DNA of 64,000 nucleotides from Promethearchaeota archaeon (GCA_030603385.1 JAUVXW010000010.1:34737-98736); one strand, 5' to 3'. Positions 39,911 to 50,828 are shown, counted from the stretch's first letter. The notes: generated by a model not told the origin, from the sequence alone. Numbers and translations are program-made.

Positions 39911-40990
39911 TTGCCACATGATTGGGAAGCATCTAGAAGAAGAATAGGGGCAACTATTGCGGGATCACGTGGAATTGATCGCGTACCATATTTTCCTATT
40001 GCATGTGAAGAAATAATCTGCCGTGTATCAGGAAAAACTTTTCGAGAACTTTTATCTTCACCTAAGATTTATGGAAATGCCGCTATTATGACTTATGAGT
40101 TTTTAAAAGCTGATTCTCTTGCCATACCTACTGCTTACGCAGGTCCTGCTGAAGCTTTAGCTTTCGCAGAAGCCAATAATAAAGAAGACATAATAAAATG
40201 GTCTGATTATAAGGTGTTTATGGCTAAACAGGGTGCTATCTGTAAAACTGAGGAAGATATTGAAAAATTAGAAATCCCGGATCATTGTAAGATATCACTA
40301 TGGGATACTTGCATTTCTGCTGTAGATTTTATAAGAGAAAAAACAAGATATCCACAGAGCTGTGCACTTGGTATTTGGTCTGTTGTTCAGGAATTGAGGG
40401 GTGTACAGGCTTATAGAGATATGAGAAAGAATCCAGATCTATTGCTACAATTATGCGAAAAGGTATATCAATCTCAGATGGATTTATACAATTTCTATAA
40501 TGAAAGAGTAGGTCCTAGTCCAACAATATTCTTTACGGGGTATGCTTTTAACAAACATATGATGAGTTTCGAGGATGCGATGAAGTATGAGGGACAGTTT
40601 ATTAAAAGATTGCAGAATGAGACTAAAGCTAAAATAATGCTTCATAACTGTGGAACGTCACCTTATTTTGATGAAATGTGTGATAATCTTGATATATTCG
40701 CTATTAATGGCTCACACCCGCTAGATATTGAATATTGGGTGGGATTTAAAGAAAGACATCCGGGTGTAACAATAGTTGGAGCAAATATTGATGTGAGTCG
40801 GGAACTATTTAGTGGTACTCCTTTAGATGTTGAGGAAAAAGTAAAAGAAAACATTACACATTTAGCCTCTGGAGGTAAATATGCTGTTGGTCCAATCTGT
40901 TGTTTACCATGGGGTGTACCATTAAATAATATTATGGCAATCCCAAAAGCGATAAAAAAATGGGGGACTTACCCTATTAAATTTAATTAA
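39911..40990 (+). CDS. Uroporphyrinogen decarboxylase/MtaA-CmuA family methyltransferase
   Basis: DRVP, LHNCG Zn motif, C-terminal Cys (ICC); coupled to the corrinoid gene. Confidence 0.8.
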   Translation: MPHDWEASRRRIGATIAGSRGIDRVPYFPIACEEIICRVSGKTFRELLSSPKIYGNAAIMTYEFLKADSLAIPTAYAGPAEALAFAEANNKEDIIKWSDYKVFMAKQGAICKTEEDIEKLEIPDHCKISLWDTCISAVDFIREKTRYPQSCALGIWSVVQELRGVQAYRDMRKNPDLLLQLCEKVYQSQMDLYNFYNERVGPSPTIFFTGYAFNKHMMSFEDAMKYEGQFIKRLQNETKAKIMLHNCGTSPYFDEMCDNLDIFAINGSHPLDIEYWVGFKERHPGVTIVGANIDVSRELFSGTPLDVEEKVKENITHLASGGKYAVGPICCLPWGVPLNNIMAIPKAIKKWGTYPIKFN

Positions 40991-41039
40991 TGAAATAAAT
41001 CGTTTTATTCTTTCATATATTCCATTTAAAAACACAATT

Positions 41040-41354
41040 ATGAATATTATAAGCAGATATTCTGATTTTAAAAGTAATTTAGGAAAAGAAGTCAAGATCA
41101 TTGGAAAGATTGCTGAAGAAATATGGCAACATCTCACTACGTTTATTGAGTCTCACCCGTATATGAACTATTTCGATTTGGATGATGGACACCAAATTGT
41201 CATTTATACCAAAGACGAGATTTCTTGTAAAGAAAAATTAGAAACAACAGGTAAATTAATCAAAGTGGAAAGCAAACATAAAAATCCAAGATCTAAAATT
41301 ACCGATAAATACTTTGAATATCAGCTGCTAGTTGATTCATGGAAATGTATTTAA
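41040..41354 (+). CDS. Hypothetical protein, possible OB fold
   Basis: GKEVKIIGKI...TGKL...EYQLLVDSW. Confidence 0.55.
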   Translation: MNIISRYSDFKSNLGKEVKIIGKIAEEIWQHLTTFIESHPYMNYFDLDDGHQIVIYTKDEISCKEKLETTGKLIKVESKHKNPRSKITDKYFEYQLLVDSWKCI

Positions 41355-41523
41355 AATATTTAAAAGTAGTTCCCAATTAGTTTGAGGTCGTTATTTAGAA
41401 AAATTTTAATATGAACCAGATTTCTAAATCCAAATTTAATTATAGATTGAAAGTAGAAATTAAATATTATAAAAAAGAATATACAAAAATAAATTTTTCA
41501 AAAAGCTGAGGTTATATTAACTT

Positions 41524-42420
41524 ATGTCCTTAACAAAAATGACTACTAAAAAAATTATTGAGAAAAAGCAAAAGGGAGAGAAAATAGTTACGATAACAGC
41601 ATATGATTATTCGATGGCTAAAATTGTTGATGAGTGTGGATTTGATTTAATTCTAGTAGGGGATTCACTTTCACAGGTAATTCTTGGTCATGAAAACACA
41701 TTAGGAGTCACAATGGACGAAATGATCCATCATACTAAAGCTGTTTCGAGGGGAGTATCAAACGCGTTATTGGTTGGTGATATGCCATTTCTTTCTTATA
41801 AAATAGATGTTAGGGATGCTGTATATAATGCAGGAAGATTTATTCAAGAGGGAGGTGCTGAAGCTGTCAAAGTCGAAGGAGGTACAGAAATTTTACCTAC
41901 TATAAAAGCTATAATTGATGCAGACATAGAAGTGATGGGACATATTGGCCTAACTCCACAAAAAGTTTATAGATTTGGAGGACATTTAGTCCAAGGTAGA
42001 ACTTTAGATGCTGCAAAGAAATTAATAATGGATGCAATAAATCTACAAGAGGCTGGAGTGTTTTCCATTGTTTTAGAAGGTATTCCATGGCAGATTGCAA
42101 AATTAGTAACAAGTACAATTGACATCCCAACTATTGGTATTGGAGCTGGACAATATTGTGATGGCCAAATTATAATCATTTATGATATGCTGGGAATTTT
42201 CACGGAATTTAAGCCAAAATTTGTAAAACACTTTGGTAAGGTTGGAGAGAATATTAGAAATGCTTTAAACGCTTATAAGGATGAGATAGTAAGTAGTAAA
42301 TATCCTGATTTAGACCATTCCTATACATATCCAACTGAGGATTTAAGCGAAATAAATGAATGGTTTGAAAGTGCTGATGTGAAAGAAGAAGCATTAAAAC
42401 TAAAAGAAAAGTTAACTTAA
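41524..42420 (+). CDS. panB: 3-methyl-2-oxobutanoate hydroxymethyltransferase
   Basis: [34 protein letters not shown]. Confidence 0.96.
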   Translation: MSLTKMTTKKIIEKKQKGEKIVTITAYDYSMAKIVDECGFDLILVGDSLSQVILGHENTLGVTMDEMIHHTKAVSRGVSNALLVGDMPFLSYKIDVRDAVYNAGRFIQEGGAEAVKVEGGTEILPTIKAIIDADIEVMGHIGLTPQKVYRFGGHLVQGRTLDAAKKLIMDAINLQEAGVFSIVLEGIPWQIAKLVTSTIDIPTIGIGAGQYCDGQIIIIYDMLGIFTEFKPKFVKHFGKVGENIRNALNAYKDEIVSSKYPDLDHSYTYPTEDLSEINEWFESADVKEEALKLKEKLT

Positions 42421-42572
42421 TTTGTATAATTCCCTCTATGTTTTTTCCCTCATTTTTAACCCTTATAATTTTCTTCAATTAGTCTTTTTACGAATTCAAT
42501 TTTTAAATAGTTTTATCTAATTACAATAAAGAAAAAATTACAAAATAAATAAAAAAATAAAAAAGTAGAATT

Positions 42573-43766
42573 TTAACGTTTCAAATTGGCATTAACCCAA
42601 TCTGTATAACCTTTTGCTTCTAATTCTTTTGGTACAGCCTCAAAGAATTGAGCTGTTATTTCTTTTACGTGTTTAGCGGCAACGGGGTGAAACATCATTG
42701 CTAAATCTAAACCTACAAGGCTTAAAGATAGAGCGTTTATAATTTCCCACATAGGACCTCTATATTGCCGTAGTCCCCATTGAGGGGCTTGCTTTTCTGA
42801 CATCCATGCTTCACGTGCGCCCCATGCATTTGTTGTTCCACCACTTATGGGGTATGCTAAATCGGTTTCCCCTAGAAGCCCAGCAATGCGCATCCTTTGA
42901 TAAATACTGAATGAATATTCCATCCCGTAACCGAGAGTGGCACATGTGGGGTCCATCACTATTCTGTTAGGAGCTAATCCTAATTCGAGAGCATCCTTAT
43001 TCATTTTAATTTGGTTGTTTAGATCTAAACTTGTCCATAATAGACAGTTGTGATCGTATTTAACTGCAAGAGGGATTACTTCTTCCCATGTGGCTTTGTC
43101 TGCAGCTGAGAGCATCAAAACTTCACTTTCTGTTGCTGCTGCGGTTACTTCAAAGAGTTCTACATCTTTTTTCTTATTTCCAGAGCATCCAATAATAACA
43201 GGAACGTCAACAGCTTGTAATATATCTTCAAGATATTTTCTAGACTGCGAAACTGGAACGTCTCCCATTGCCGGGTCTATTGATAGCGAATGGAAAGTTA
43301 TGCATTCAGCTCCAAACTTATCTACTGCAAATTTAGCCCATTCTGCCGGATCTGCTAATACCTCACCGTATTCTTGCTTGATTGGTTTAGGAAGCATCAT
43401 CTTTGCACCCATATCAAACACGTCATAAGTTATTAATGGTGGGTTAGGATTCCGTTTATCTAACCCCAGAAAATTATAAAAAGGAGGAGCAACTTCTCCA
43501 CCGATTACAGCTCTTTTCCCATTAGAACGTACGAATTCTATAGTCTCAATTTTACCAGGGAAGTCTAAATCGAGAGCAAATTTAGCAGGAGTCCATTCAG
43601 CTTTTCCAGGTACTCCAGGTAATAAAGCTTGAGCCGCAGTTTGTACTATGCTTGGTAGCATCTGGAATTCGAGATATTCTGCGAATAAATCCACATCTTG
43701 AAGTTCAACTTCTTCAGTTTCTTTCATAAATTCAGCTAATTTTTTACTTAACTCGTCAAATGAAAT
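42573..43766 (-). CDS. cdhD: Acetyl-CoA decarbonylase/synthase delta subunit (corrinoid Fe-S protein small subunit); possible ATT start at 43766, first ATG at 43727
   Basis: IGGE..PPFYNF, DPAEWAK, GYGMEYSFS..QRMR.AGL.G, NAWGAREAW, MFHP. Confidence 0.92.
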   Translation of the reverse strand: MSFDELSKKLAEFMKETEEVELQDVDLFAEYLEFQMLPSIVQTAAQALLPGVPGKAEWTPAKFALDLDFPGKIETIEFVRSNGKRAVIGGEVAPPFYNFLGLDKRNPNPPLITYDVFDMGAKMMLPKPIKQEYGEVLADPAEWAKFAVDKFGAECITFHSLSIDPAMGDVPVSQSRKYLEDILQAVDVPVIIGCSGNKKKDVELFEVTAAATESEVLMLSAADKATWEEVIPLAVKYDHNCLLWTSLDLNNQIKMNKDALELGLAPNRIVMDPTCATLGYGMEYSFSIYQRMRIAGLLGETDLAYPISGGTTNAWGAREAWMSEKQAPQWGLRQYRGPMWEIINALSLSLVGLDLAMMFHPVAAKHVKEITAQFFEAVPKELEAKGYTDWVNANLKR

Positions 43767-43972
43767 TTTACATCACTTTTTTTATTTTTTTTTGAAATCA
43801 ATAAATAGACAATTGTAGAATTGAATTTAAGTTTATTTAAAAGGGGGGTGCGACGAATTCAGTCATTTCATGTAGGATTATGATAATCTTCAAATCCATA
43901 TGATTGGGGGATATGGATGCTTTACATATGTCAAGATCAAAAGAAATTCTAATTCTATGTTTAAAGGATGGT

Positions 43973-45646
43973 TTATTCCCCAACATGTTTCCTTGCAGTT
44001 TTTAATTTTATTTTCTCTTGTTCTTCTAAAATCTTAAAATCAATTTTACCAACTAGGGTTTTTGGAAGTTGTTTACTAAATTCAATTTCCCGAGGACAGC
44101 TCCATTTCAACAAGTTTTGTTGACAGAAATTGATAAGTTCTTTTTCCATTTCAACTCCTTCCTTCTTTTGATCCTTTAAGACAACAAAAGCTTTTACTTT
44201 TTGTATCAGTTTTTCGTCGGGAACACCAATTACGCATGCTTCAAGAACGTCCGGATGTTTATAAAGAACATCTTCTATTTGAGAGGGATATACATTATAA
44301 CCGGAAGATTTTATCATCCTTTTCAGTCTTATTTTGAAGTAGAAAAAACCATCTTTATCCATGGTAGCAATATCTCCTGTGTGTAACCAAATTTTTCCAT
44401 CCTCATGCCTTTTCAATGTTTTAGCTGTTTCTTCTGGATTATCTAAATAGCCCAACATAACAGCAGGTCCATTAATACATATTTCACCTTCTTGACCAAT
44501 TGGAGCTTCATTTATTGTATCTAATTCTACGATTTTCATCATCATATCGGGAAATGGTATCCCAATACTCCCTTCACGATATTCTCCTAAGGGCATGGCA
44601 CAGATTCCTGTTACTGCTTCCGTTAACCCATATCCTTCCCTTAATTGAACGTCTGACCCATTTTTCCTGCAAATTTCTTCAAACTTCTCTTTTGTTCTTC
44701 GCGGTAGTGTATCAGCACCACAAAAAGCTGCTTTTAAGAAACTCAAATCTGTTTGTTGAAATTTTGGATTTTGATTTAGGGCTTCATATAATGTAGGAAC
44801 TCCAAATATTAAAGTTGGCTTTTTATTTTTAATTAACTCTGCTACCTGATCAGGTGTAAATGATGGGACTAAAATACTTTTTCCACCTCCCATAAATATC
44901 GCATTTACACATACTCCTAATCCAAAGCCATGAAAAATAGGTAATATCGCTAATGCTGAATCTTTATCCGATAAATCCATCCATCTTGCAACTTGAGTTC
45001 CCTCTGCTATAAAATTATAATTAGAAAGCATGATACCCTTTGGAATACCAGTAGTCCCTCCAGAATACAAGATTGCGGCTATATCATCAGGATCCGTTCT
45101 ATCTTCAGAAATTTCTGAATAAGATTTATTCATAATGTCTTTCCACCAGAAAATTCTTGGATTGGAAGGGATCTCTTTTACTGCTGTGCTCATCTGCGTT
45201 AGGATTAATGCTTTTAGACTAGTTTTGTCCAATACTTGTTCAAAATTTGAATAAACTCCATCGATTGTGAGAGCAAAAGTACTTTTACTCAAATTTAAAA
45301 AGAATTCAACTTGTTTTGGTGGACTAAGAGGATGAATCATACTAGCAATAGCTCCAATTTTATTAATAGCGTAGAAACAGATAATCCCTTGAGAAGTGGT
45401 GGGCATGGATATTGTCATTCTATCTCCTTTTTTAAGCCCTAAACTAATTAAAGCTTTTGCACATTGGTCAATTTGTCCAATAAGCTGTTGATATGTTGAT
45501 TCATTTCCCATAAAATCATAGGCAATAGAATCAGGGTATATATTTGCTGTTTTGACTAAAGCATTGTACATGGTAGTTCTATGGTACTCAATGCTTTCAG
45601 GTACACGTTTATCATAAAATTTTAACCAAGGTTTTTTTTCATACAT
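43973..45646 (-). CDS. Long-chain fatty acid-CoA ligase (AMP-forming)
   Basis: YSGGTTGIPKG, EGYGLTE, HTGD, PKTLVGK. Confidence 0.93.
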   Translation of the reverse strand: MYEKKPWLKFYDKRVPESIEYHRTTMYNALVKTANIYPDSIAYDFMGNESTYQQLIGQIDQCAKALISLGLKKGDRMTISMPTTSQGIICFYAINKIGAIASMIHPLSPPKQVEFFLNLSKSTFALTIDGVYSNFEQVLDKTSLKALILTQMSTAVKEIPSNPRIFWWKDIMNKSYSEISEDRTDPDDIAAILYSGGTTGIPKGIMLSNYNFIAEGTQVARWMDLSDKDSALAILPIFHGFGLGVCVNAIFMGGGKSILVPSFTPDQVAELIKNKKPTLIFGVPTLYEALNQNPKFQQTDLSFLKAAFCGADTLPRRTKEKFEEICRKNGSDVQLREGYGLTEAVTGICAMPLGEYREGSIGIPFPDMMMKIVELDTINEAPIGQEGEICINGPAVMLGYLDNPEETAKTLKRHEDGKIWLHTGDIATMDKDGFFYFKIRLKRMIKSSGYNVYPSQIEDVLYKHPDVLEACVIGVPDEKLIQKVKAFVVLKDQKKEGVEMEKELINFCQQNLLKWSCPREIEFSKQLPKTLVGKIDFKILEEQEKIKLKTARKHVGE

Positions 45647-45762
45647 TCAATTTACCCTTTATCTTATTGAATTTCAGCTTTTTTAGTAATAGAAAAGAAA
45701 TGGTCATTGATTCAATTATTTAGTTAAAAGAAGATATTTTAAAATATATAAAAAGTTTTATT

Positions 45763-46287
45763 TTATCTGGAAAGCCTTTTCTTAAAAAGAAGGATAGCTA
45801 TACCTAAAGCAGAAATAATTGAAATTAAAATGAAATCGAGTCGATATCCAGGAATTATTGGGAGATAATATCTTGTGACAGTATATCCCTCTGGTAAGAT
45901 AATCAGATTATAGGTATCTGGCCCCCCGTCAACTAAAATTATTTCTATATAATAGATTTTAGTTTCTGGAGAAGTGTAGTTTATATAGGGGCTGTCATCC
46001 AGGCTAAAATCAACGAGTGAAGGATTGCTGAATATATCATTATCAAGAGATTTATCATCTTTCACGTACGATTGTCCAGGTCGTTTGTTAAAGAGGAAAA
46101 GAGTGAAATTTCCGCTATCCTCATGATTTAAACTAATTTGAGTATTGTTGCCCACTTGTAAATCAAACAAAAAGAAGGCATAATTCCCATTTTTAATATA
46201 ATCTGTATATATAAAGGCTTTAACAGTCGTGATTGGAATTAATAGAAAAAATAGCGAACAAATTAAAATGATCTTTTTATAATTCAT
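45763..46287 (-). CDS. Secreted protein with IPGY-type (Loki-CTERM-like) C-terminal anchor
   Basis: Signal peptide; C-terminal IPGY + TM + KKR. Confidence 0.7.
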   Translation of the reverse strand: MNYKKIILICSLFFLLIPITTVKAFIYTDYIKNGNYAFFLFDLQVGNNTQISLNHEDSGNFTLFLFNKRPGQSYVKDDKSLDNDIFSNPSLVDFSLDDSPYINYTSPETKIYYIEIILVDGGPDTYNLIILPEGYTVTRYYLPIIPGYRLDFILISIISALGIAILLFKKRLSR

Positions 46288-46435
46288 TATTAGATAACTT
46301 CGAATTCTTTTAAAATAGATATTTTATAACTCATTTTAAAATTTTTCATTTTATCTTTATTTGTAATTTCAGAAATTTTTTTCAGAGATCATTACATTTT
46401 AAAATTATTGAGTAGAAGAATTAATTGATTTATTT

Positions 46436-47314
46436 ATGGGCATTTTACTTATAGAACGTTTGGAATTTGAGAAATATCATGGATTAGGAAATGATTATGT
46501 CTTAATTAATGATTTAGAAATGAATATCCCTGAGGAAAAAAAATCAAAATTGGCAATTAAATTATGTGAATTTCATTTCTCAATTGGAGCAGATGGTTTA
46601 ATTTTTGTATGTAAATCTGATAAAGCAGATATTAAAATGCGAATATTTAATAATGATGGAATGGAGGCGGAGATGTGTGGAAATGGAATAAGATGTTTTT
46701 CTAAATATGTTTATGAGAACAATATCGTAAGAAAAGAAGAAATTAAAATTGAAACACTGAAGGGGATTATGGTTGCAAGAAATATTATTACTGAAGAAAA
46801 AGTTATAAGTGTTCAAATTGATATGGGGCCTCCCATTTTAAATTATGAAGAAATACCAGTTATATCAGAGAGTCTTTCAAACAAATGTATAAACGAGCCA
46901 ATTGCTATTTTAGATAAAATTTTTAATTTTTCGGCAGTATCAATGGGAAATCCACACGCAGTGATATTTATTAAAACGCAATTGAATGATGATGAATTAA
47001 ACATGTATGGAGCTACAATAGAGTCTCATGAGCGATTTCCAAACAAAGTAAATGTAGAATTCGTAAAAGTTATTTCAAATGAAGAAGCTATTGTTAGGGT
47101 ATTTGAAAGAGGTGTGGGTATTACTAATTCTTGTGGTACCGGTGCTTGTGCTTCGGTTGTCGCTGGTTCTCTTCTCGGGATATTCAAAAAAAATGCACCG
47201 ATAACCATACATAATGACGGAGGGGATCTAAGAATCACATATAGCAAAACAGTTCTTATGGAAGGGCCTGTAAATAAGGTTTTTACTGGTGTTCTTGAAA
47301 AAATGGAAATTTAA
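46436..47314 (+). CDS. dapF: Diaminopimelate epimerase
   Basis: KYHGLGNDY, EMCGNG, MGNPH, ERGVG.T.SCGTG. Confidence 0.96.
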   Translation: MGILLIERLEFEKYHGLGNDYVLINDLEMNIPEEKKSKLAIKLCEFHFSIGADGLIFVCKSDKADIKMRIFNNDGMEAEMCGNGIRCFSKYVYENNIVRKEEIKIETLKGIMVARNIITEEKVISVQIDMGPPILNYEEIPVISESLSNKCINEPIAILDKIFNFSAVSMGNPHAVIFIKTQLNDDELNMYGATIESHERFPNKVNVEFVKVISNEEAIVRVFERGVGITNSCGTGACASVVAGSLLGIFKKNAPITIHNDGGDLRITYSKTVLMEGPVNKVFTGVLEKMEI

Positions 47315-47336
47315 TTAAGGTTTTTGGTTTATTTTC

Positions 47337-48650
47337 ATGAAATATGTTGATTGGTTAAAAGAAAAAGGTCTAGAATATAGAGATGGAGTTCTACACTTTG
47401 CGGATATGAATACTATAGAAATTGCTGAAAAATTTGGAACTCCAATTTATATAATCAGTGAAGAGATGATAAGGAGCCAATATAAAAAATTAAAAAGAAT
47501 TTTGGATTCTGAATATAAGAATAATTCTATACACTACGCCATGAAAGCAAATTCTAACTTATCCATTTTAAAAATTCTAGACTCTGAAGGGGCATGTTTT
47601 GATTGCACATCCACAGGAGAGATTCATACATGTTTAAAGGCTGGTATTTCTCCAAGTAAAATCATCTATACTGGAAATATGTTTACCAATGACGATTTTA
47701 AATTTGCTGTTAAAAATGATATTCTAGTTAATTTAGATAGTATTAGTCAATTGAAAAGATTAGTAAAAATTTATGATGATTTAGGAAAAGAAAAAGAAAT
47801 AGTTTCTTTCAGAATTAACCCAGAATTCGGAGCGGGCCATCATTCTCATACGATAACAGCTGGAAAGACAATTAAATTTGGGATTTTAGATGATCAAGTC
47901 ATCGAAGCATATTCAAAAGCGAAGGAATTCGGTTTTAAAAAGTTTGGAACTCATATCCATATTGGCTCTGGAATAATAAATGCATACGATTTTGAAAAAG
48001 CAATAGATAAATATTTAACAATTATCATGAAGTTAGCTGATACTCTTGATATTACATTTGAGTTTCTCGATTTTGGTGGAGGCTTGGGAATACCATATCG
48101 ACCAGAAGAAGATCCATTAGATTTAGAACTATATAAAACTATAGCCCTTAAAAAGTTTAAAGAACTGGTTGAGAAAGGGAATTTTGGAGAACCTGAGTTT
48201 ATAATAGAACCAGGGCGTTATTTATCGGCAGAAGCGTGTATAATTTTAACCCAAATTAATACAATTAAAGATAATGGGTTTAAAATGTTTGCTGGCACAA
48301 ATACTGGATTTAATACTTTATTACGTCCTGCCATGTATGGTTCATATCACCATATTATAACCTGTAATAAAAAGAATAAAGAAAAAATATTAACTTATGA
48401 TATTGTTGGACCTATTTGTGAATCAGGTGATATAATTGGCAAAGAAAGGAAATTGCCGAAGTTAGAGGAGGGAGATTATCTTGCTATACTTGATACTGGA
48501 GCTTATGGGTTTGCTATGAGTAGTTCATATAATTCTAGACCTAGACCCGCAGAAATTCTAATAGATAAAGGTCAAGTATTCAAAATCCGTGAAGCAGAGA
48601 CTTTTGAAGATTTAATTAGAAATCAAGATATTCCTGAACATTTAAAATAA
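47337..48650 (+). CDS. lysA: Diaminopimelate decarboxylase
   Basis: YAMKAN, HIHIGS, GGG, EPGR, GPICESGD, GAYG. Confidence 0.96.
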   Translation: MKYVDWLKEKGLEYRDGVLHFADMNTIEIAEKFGTPIYIISEEMIRSQYKKLKRILDSEYKNNSIHYAMKANSNLSILKILDSEGACFDCTSTGEIHTCLKAGISPSKIIYTGNMFTNDDFKFAVKNDILVNLDSISQLKRLVKIYDDLGKEKEIVSFRINPEFGAGHHSHTITAGKTIKFGILDDQVIEAYSKAKEFGFKKFGTHIHIGSGIINAYDFEKAIDKYLTIIMKLADTLDITFEFLDFGGGLGIPYRPEEDPLDLELYKTIALKKFKELVEKGNFGEPEFIIEPGRYLSAEACIILTQINTIKDNGFKMFAGTNTGFNTLLRPAMYGSYHHIITCNKKNKEKILTYDIVGPICESGDIIGKERKLPKLEEGDYLAILDTGAYGFAMSSSYNSRPRPAEILIDKGQVFKIREAETFEDLIRNQDIPEHLK

Positions 48651-48726
48651 GCATTGAAATAGTTTATAAAATTTATAAATATTAAAATTTTAATTAAACA
48701 TTATTATATTGAGATAAGATTATAAA

Positions 48727-48847
48727 CAGTGGGATTATTTGGGCTGGATACCCCTTAATAGTCTCGATGAAGTGTTGGCATAATGAAATCTATACTTAGT
48801 ATTAACACTAAGATGGTTAATGATGACACTGATCTGCACTGATAGCC
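48727..48847 (+). ncRNA. Candidate structured small RNA with a C/D-box kink-turn
   Basis: Three consecutive hairpins; the last is GGUUA-AUGAUGA...CUGA-UAGCC; more GC-rich than its flanks, between convergent genes. Confidence 0.5.
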
Positions 48848-48866
48848 TTTATAATTTTATCTCACT

Positions 48867-49688
48867 CTAAAGCCCTAACACTTCGTCGGTTGAATAAATT
48901 TTATCTTCTTTAGCATCAGCTATAAATTTTATTGCTTTAATTGAACCATTGGTAAAACATTCTCGACTGTGAGCTTGATGTTTTAATTCAATTCTTTCAC
49001 CTGGTCCAGCATATAAAATTATATGATCTCCTACAATGTCACCACCACGAATAGAATGAATTCCAATCTCCTCCTTTGCACCTACTCTACGTTTATTGGG
49101 GCCTCGTTGTCTTCCAAATTTCGCGATCGTTTCAAAATCAGATCCTAATGTTTCACTTATAATTTGTCCTATTTTTAATGCTGTTCCACTTGGAGCATCA
49201 ATTTTTCTATGGTGGTGTGCTTCAATTACTTCAATATCCCAATCTGCTAAATAACTTGTCAATATGGATGCTACTTTAAACAGAACATTCACACCAGTTG
49301 CCATATTTGGTGAAAATACTGCAGGTGAGTGATTTTTCTTAATTAATTCCTCGAATTTATCAAAAAATTCTTGAGATAACGCTGTGGTTCCAATTACACA
49401 TCTAATTCCATTTTCTGCACAGATCAAGCAATTTTTTTCAGTAGCTGGGGCAATTGTGAAATCTATAGCTACATTAGGTTTTGCTTGAGAAATAACTTCT
49501 GTGAGATATTTCACATCACTTATTTTTATGTTATTAGGATCTTTCACACCCGCGATATAAGCTAATTCTTCACCTATATTGGTTACATCACAGGCAGCAA
49601 CAACATCAATTTCTTTATCCTCTAATGCTAATTTAGTAATTAATTTACCCATTGAGCCCGTTGGCCCAAAAATTAATAATTTAATCAT
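48867..49688 (-). CDS. dapB: 4-hydroxy-tetrahydrodipicolinate reductase
   Basis: GPTGSMG, IDFT, IGTT, EAHHHRKIDAPSGTA. Confidence 0.96.
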   Translation of the reverse strand: MIKLLIFGPTGSMGKLITKLALEDKEIDVVAACDVTNIGEELAYIAGVKDPNNIKISDVKYLTEVISQAKPNVAIDFTIAPATEKNCLICAENGIRCVIGTTALSQEFFDKFEELIKKNHSPAVFSPNMATGVNVLFKVASILTSYLADWDIEVIEAHHHRKIDAPSGTALKIGQIISETLGSDFETIAKFGRQRGPNKRRVGAKEEIGIHSIRGGDIVGDHIILYAGPGERIELKHQAHSRECFTNGSIKAIKFIADAKEDKIYSTDEVLGL

Positions 49689-49711
49689 TAATAAACCCTC
49701 CAGATATTTTG

Positions 49712-50611
49712 TTAAATTAAATCTAAACCTTTAAGAACAATTTTTATTTTTTTCTGGTTCTCTTCCAAAGGAGGCGTTAAAGGCATTCTCATTCTGATAT
49801 TCATTAAGTCCATTACATCTGCTGCGTATTTAACTGGTCCGGGATTTGTTTCAATAAATAATACTTTGAACAAATCATATAACTCAAGTTGCATATCTCT
49901 TGCTATTCTCCATTCATTGTTTAACATGCTTTTAGTAAATTCAACCATTTTTGAAGGGATAATATTTGAGGCAACGCTAATAACTCCTTTTCCCCCCAAA
50001 GCCATTATATGATATGTCATGCTATCATCTCCGCTTAGAACTATAAAATCATCAGGTGTAGTTTTAATGATTTTAGTTATTTGGTCGATATTTCCACTGG
50101 CACATTTTATTCCTATAATATTATCTTTAGAATGTGCTAATGTTGAAACAGTTTCAGGTTCTAAATTTCTCCCAGTTCTACTAGGGACATTATATAGTAT
50201 TATTGGTAAAGAAACAGAATCAGCAATTAAGGAAAAATGATCTATCAAAGAATGTTGAACGGGTTTATTATAATAAGGCACAACTATTAATAGACCATCT
50301 GCTCCAGCCTTCTCAGCGTATTGAGCTAGAGAAATTGCTTCTTTAGTAGAATTACTACCCGCTCCTGCTAGAACAAATGGATCCTTTCCGCTTTTCTTTG
50401 CTTCATCAACCGCAATATTCATAGCTTGATGATGTTCTTCATGAGATAAAGTCGCACTTTCACCAGTCGTACCCATAGTTAATAGTTGACAACCGTTTTC
50501 AATTTGAAATTTAATAAATTCCCTATATTTCTCCTCATCTATAGAAAAATCTTCATTAAAGGGGGTTATCATAGCGGTAATTACATTTTTTAATTTGTCT
50601 ATCTTAGTCAT
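49712..50611 (-). CDS. dapA: 4-hydroxy-tetrahydrodipicolinate synthase
   Basis: GTTGE, PYYNKP, YNVPSRTG, GIK, SGDD, ETNPGPVK. Confidence 0.96.
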   Translation of the reverse strand: MTKIDKLKNVITAMITPFNEDFSIDEEKYREFIKFQIENGCQLLTMGTTGESATLSHEEHHQAMNIAVDEAKKSGKDPFVLAGAGSNSTKEAISLAQYAEKAGADGLLIVVPYYNKPVQHSLIDHFSLIADSVSLPIILYNVPSRTGRNLEPETVSTLAHSKDNIIGIKCASGNIDQITKIIKTTPDDFIVLSGDDSMTYHIMALGGKGVISVASNIIPSKMVEFTKSMLNNEWRIARDMQLELYDLFKVLFIETNPGPVKYAADVMDLMNIRMRMPLTPPLEENQKKIKIVLKGLDLI

Positions 50612-50828
50612 ATGAATCTCCTTTATTCGAATTTAATCGTAAATTAAAAGATTAATTAGTAAAGTTCCTATATAAGATTTTTTAATAACCTTATAGATCT
50701 TTTTTATTACAACTTACGCAATATTCTTTTCATCCATATTTAAAGAAAAAATTCGAGAAACTTTTTACAAAAAGTTAAAAGATCTCAAACTGACTATTTT
50801 ATATTCTTAAGCTCAATATTAATTTACA

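Noticed and set aside
43840-43950. Hairpin ATCCATAT/ATATGGAT upstream of cdhD as a riboswitch or sRNA
   Set aside because: A single 8-bp stem with no recognisable cobalamin or other riboswitch motifs.
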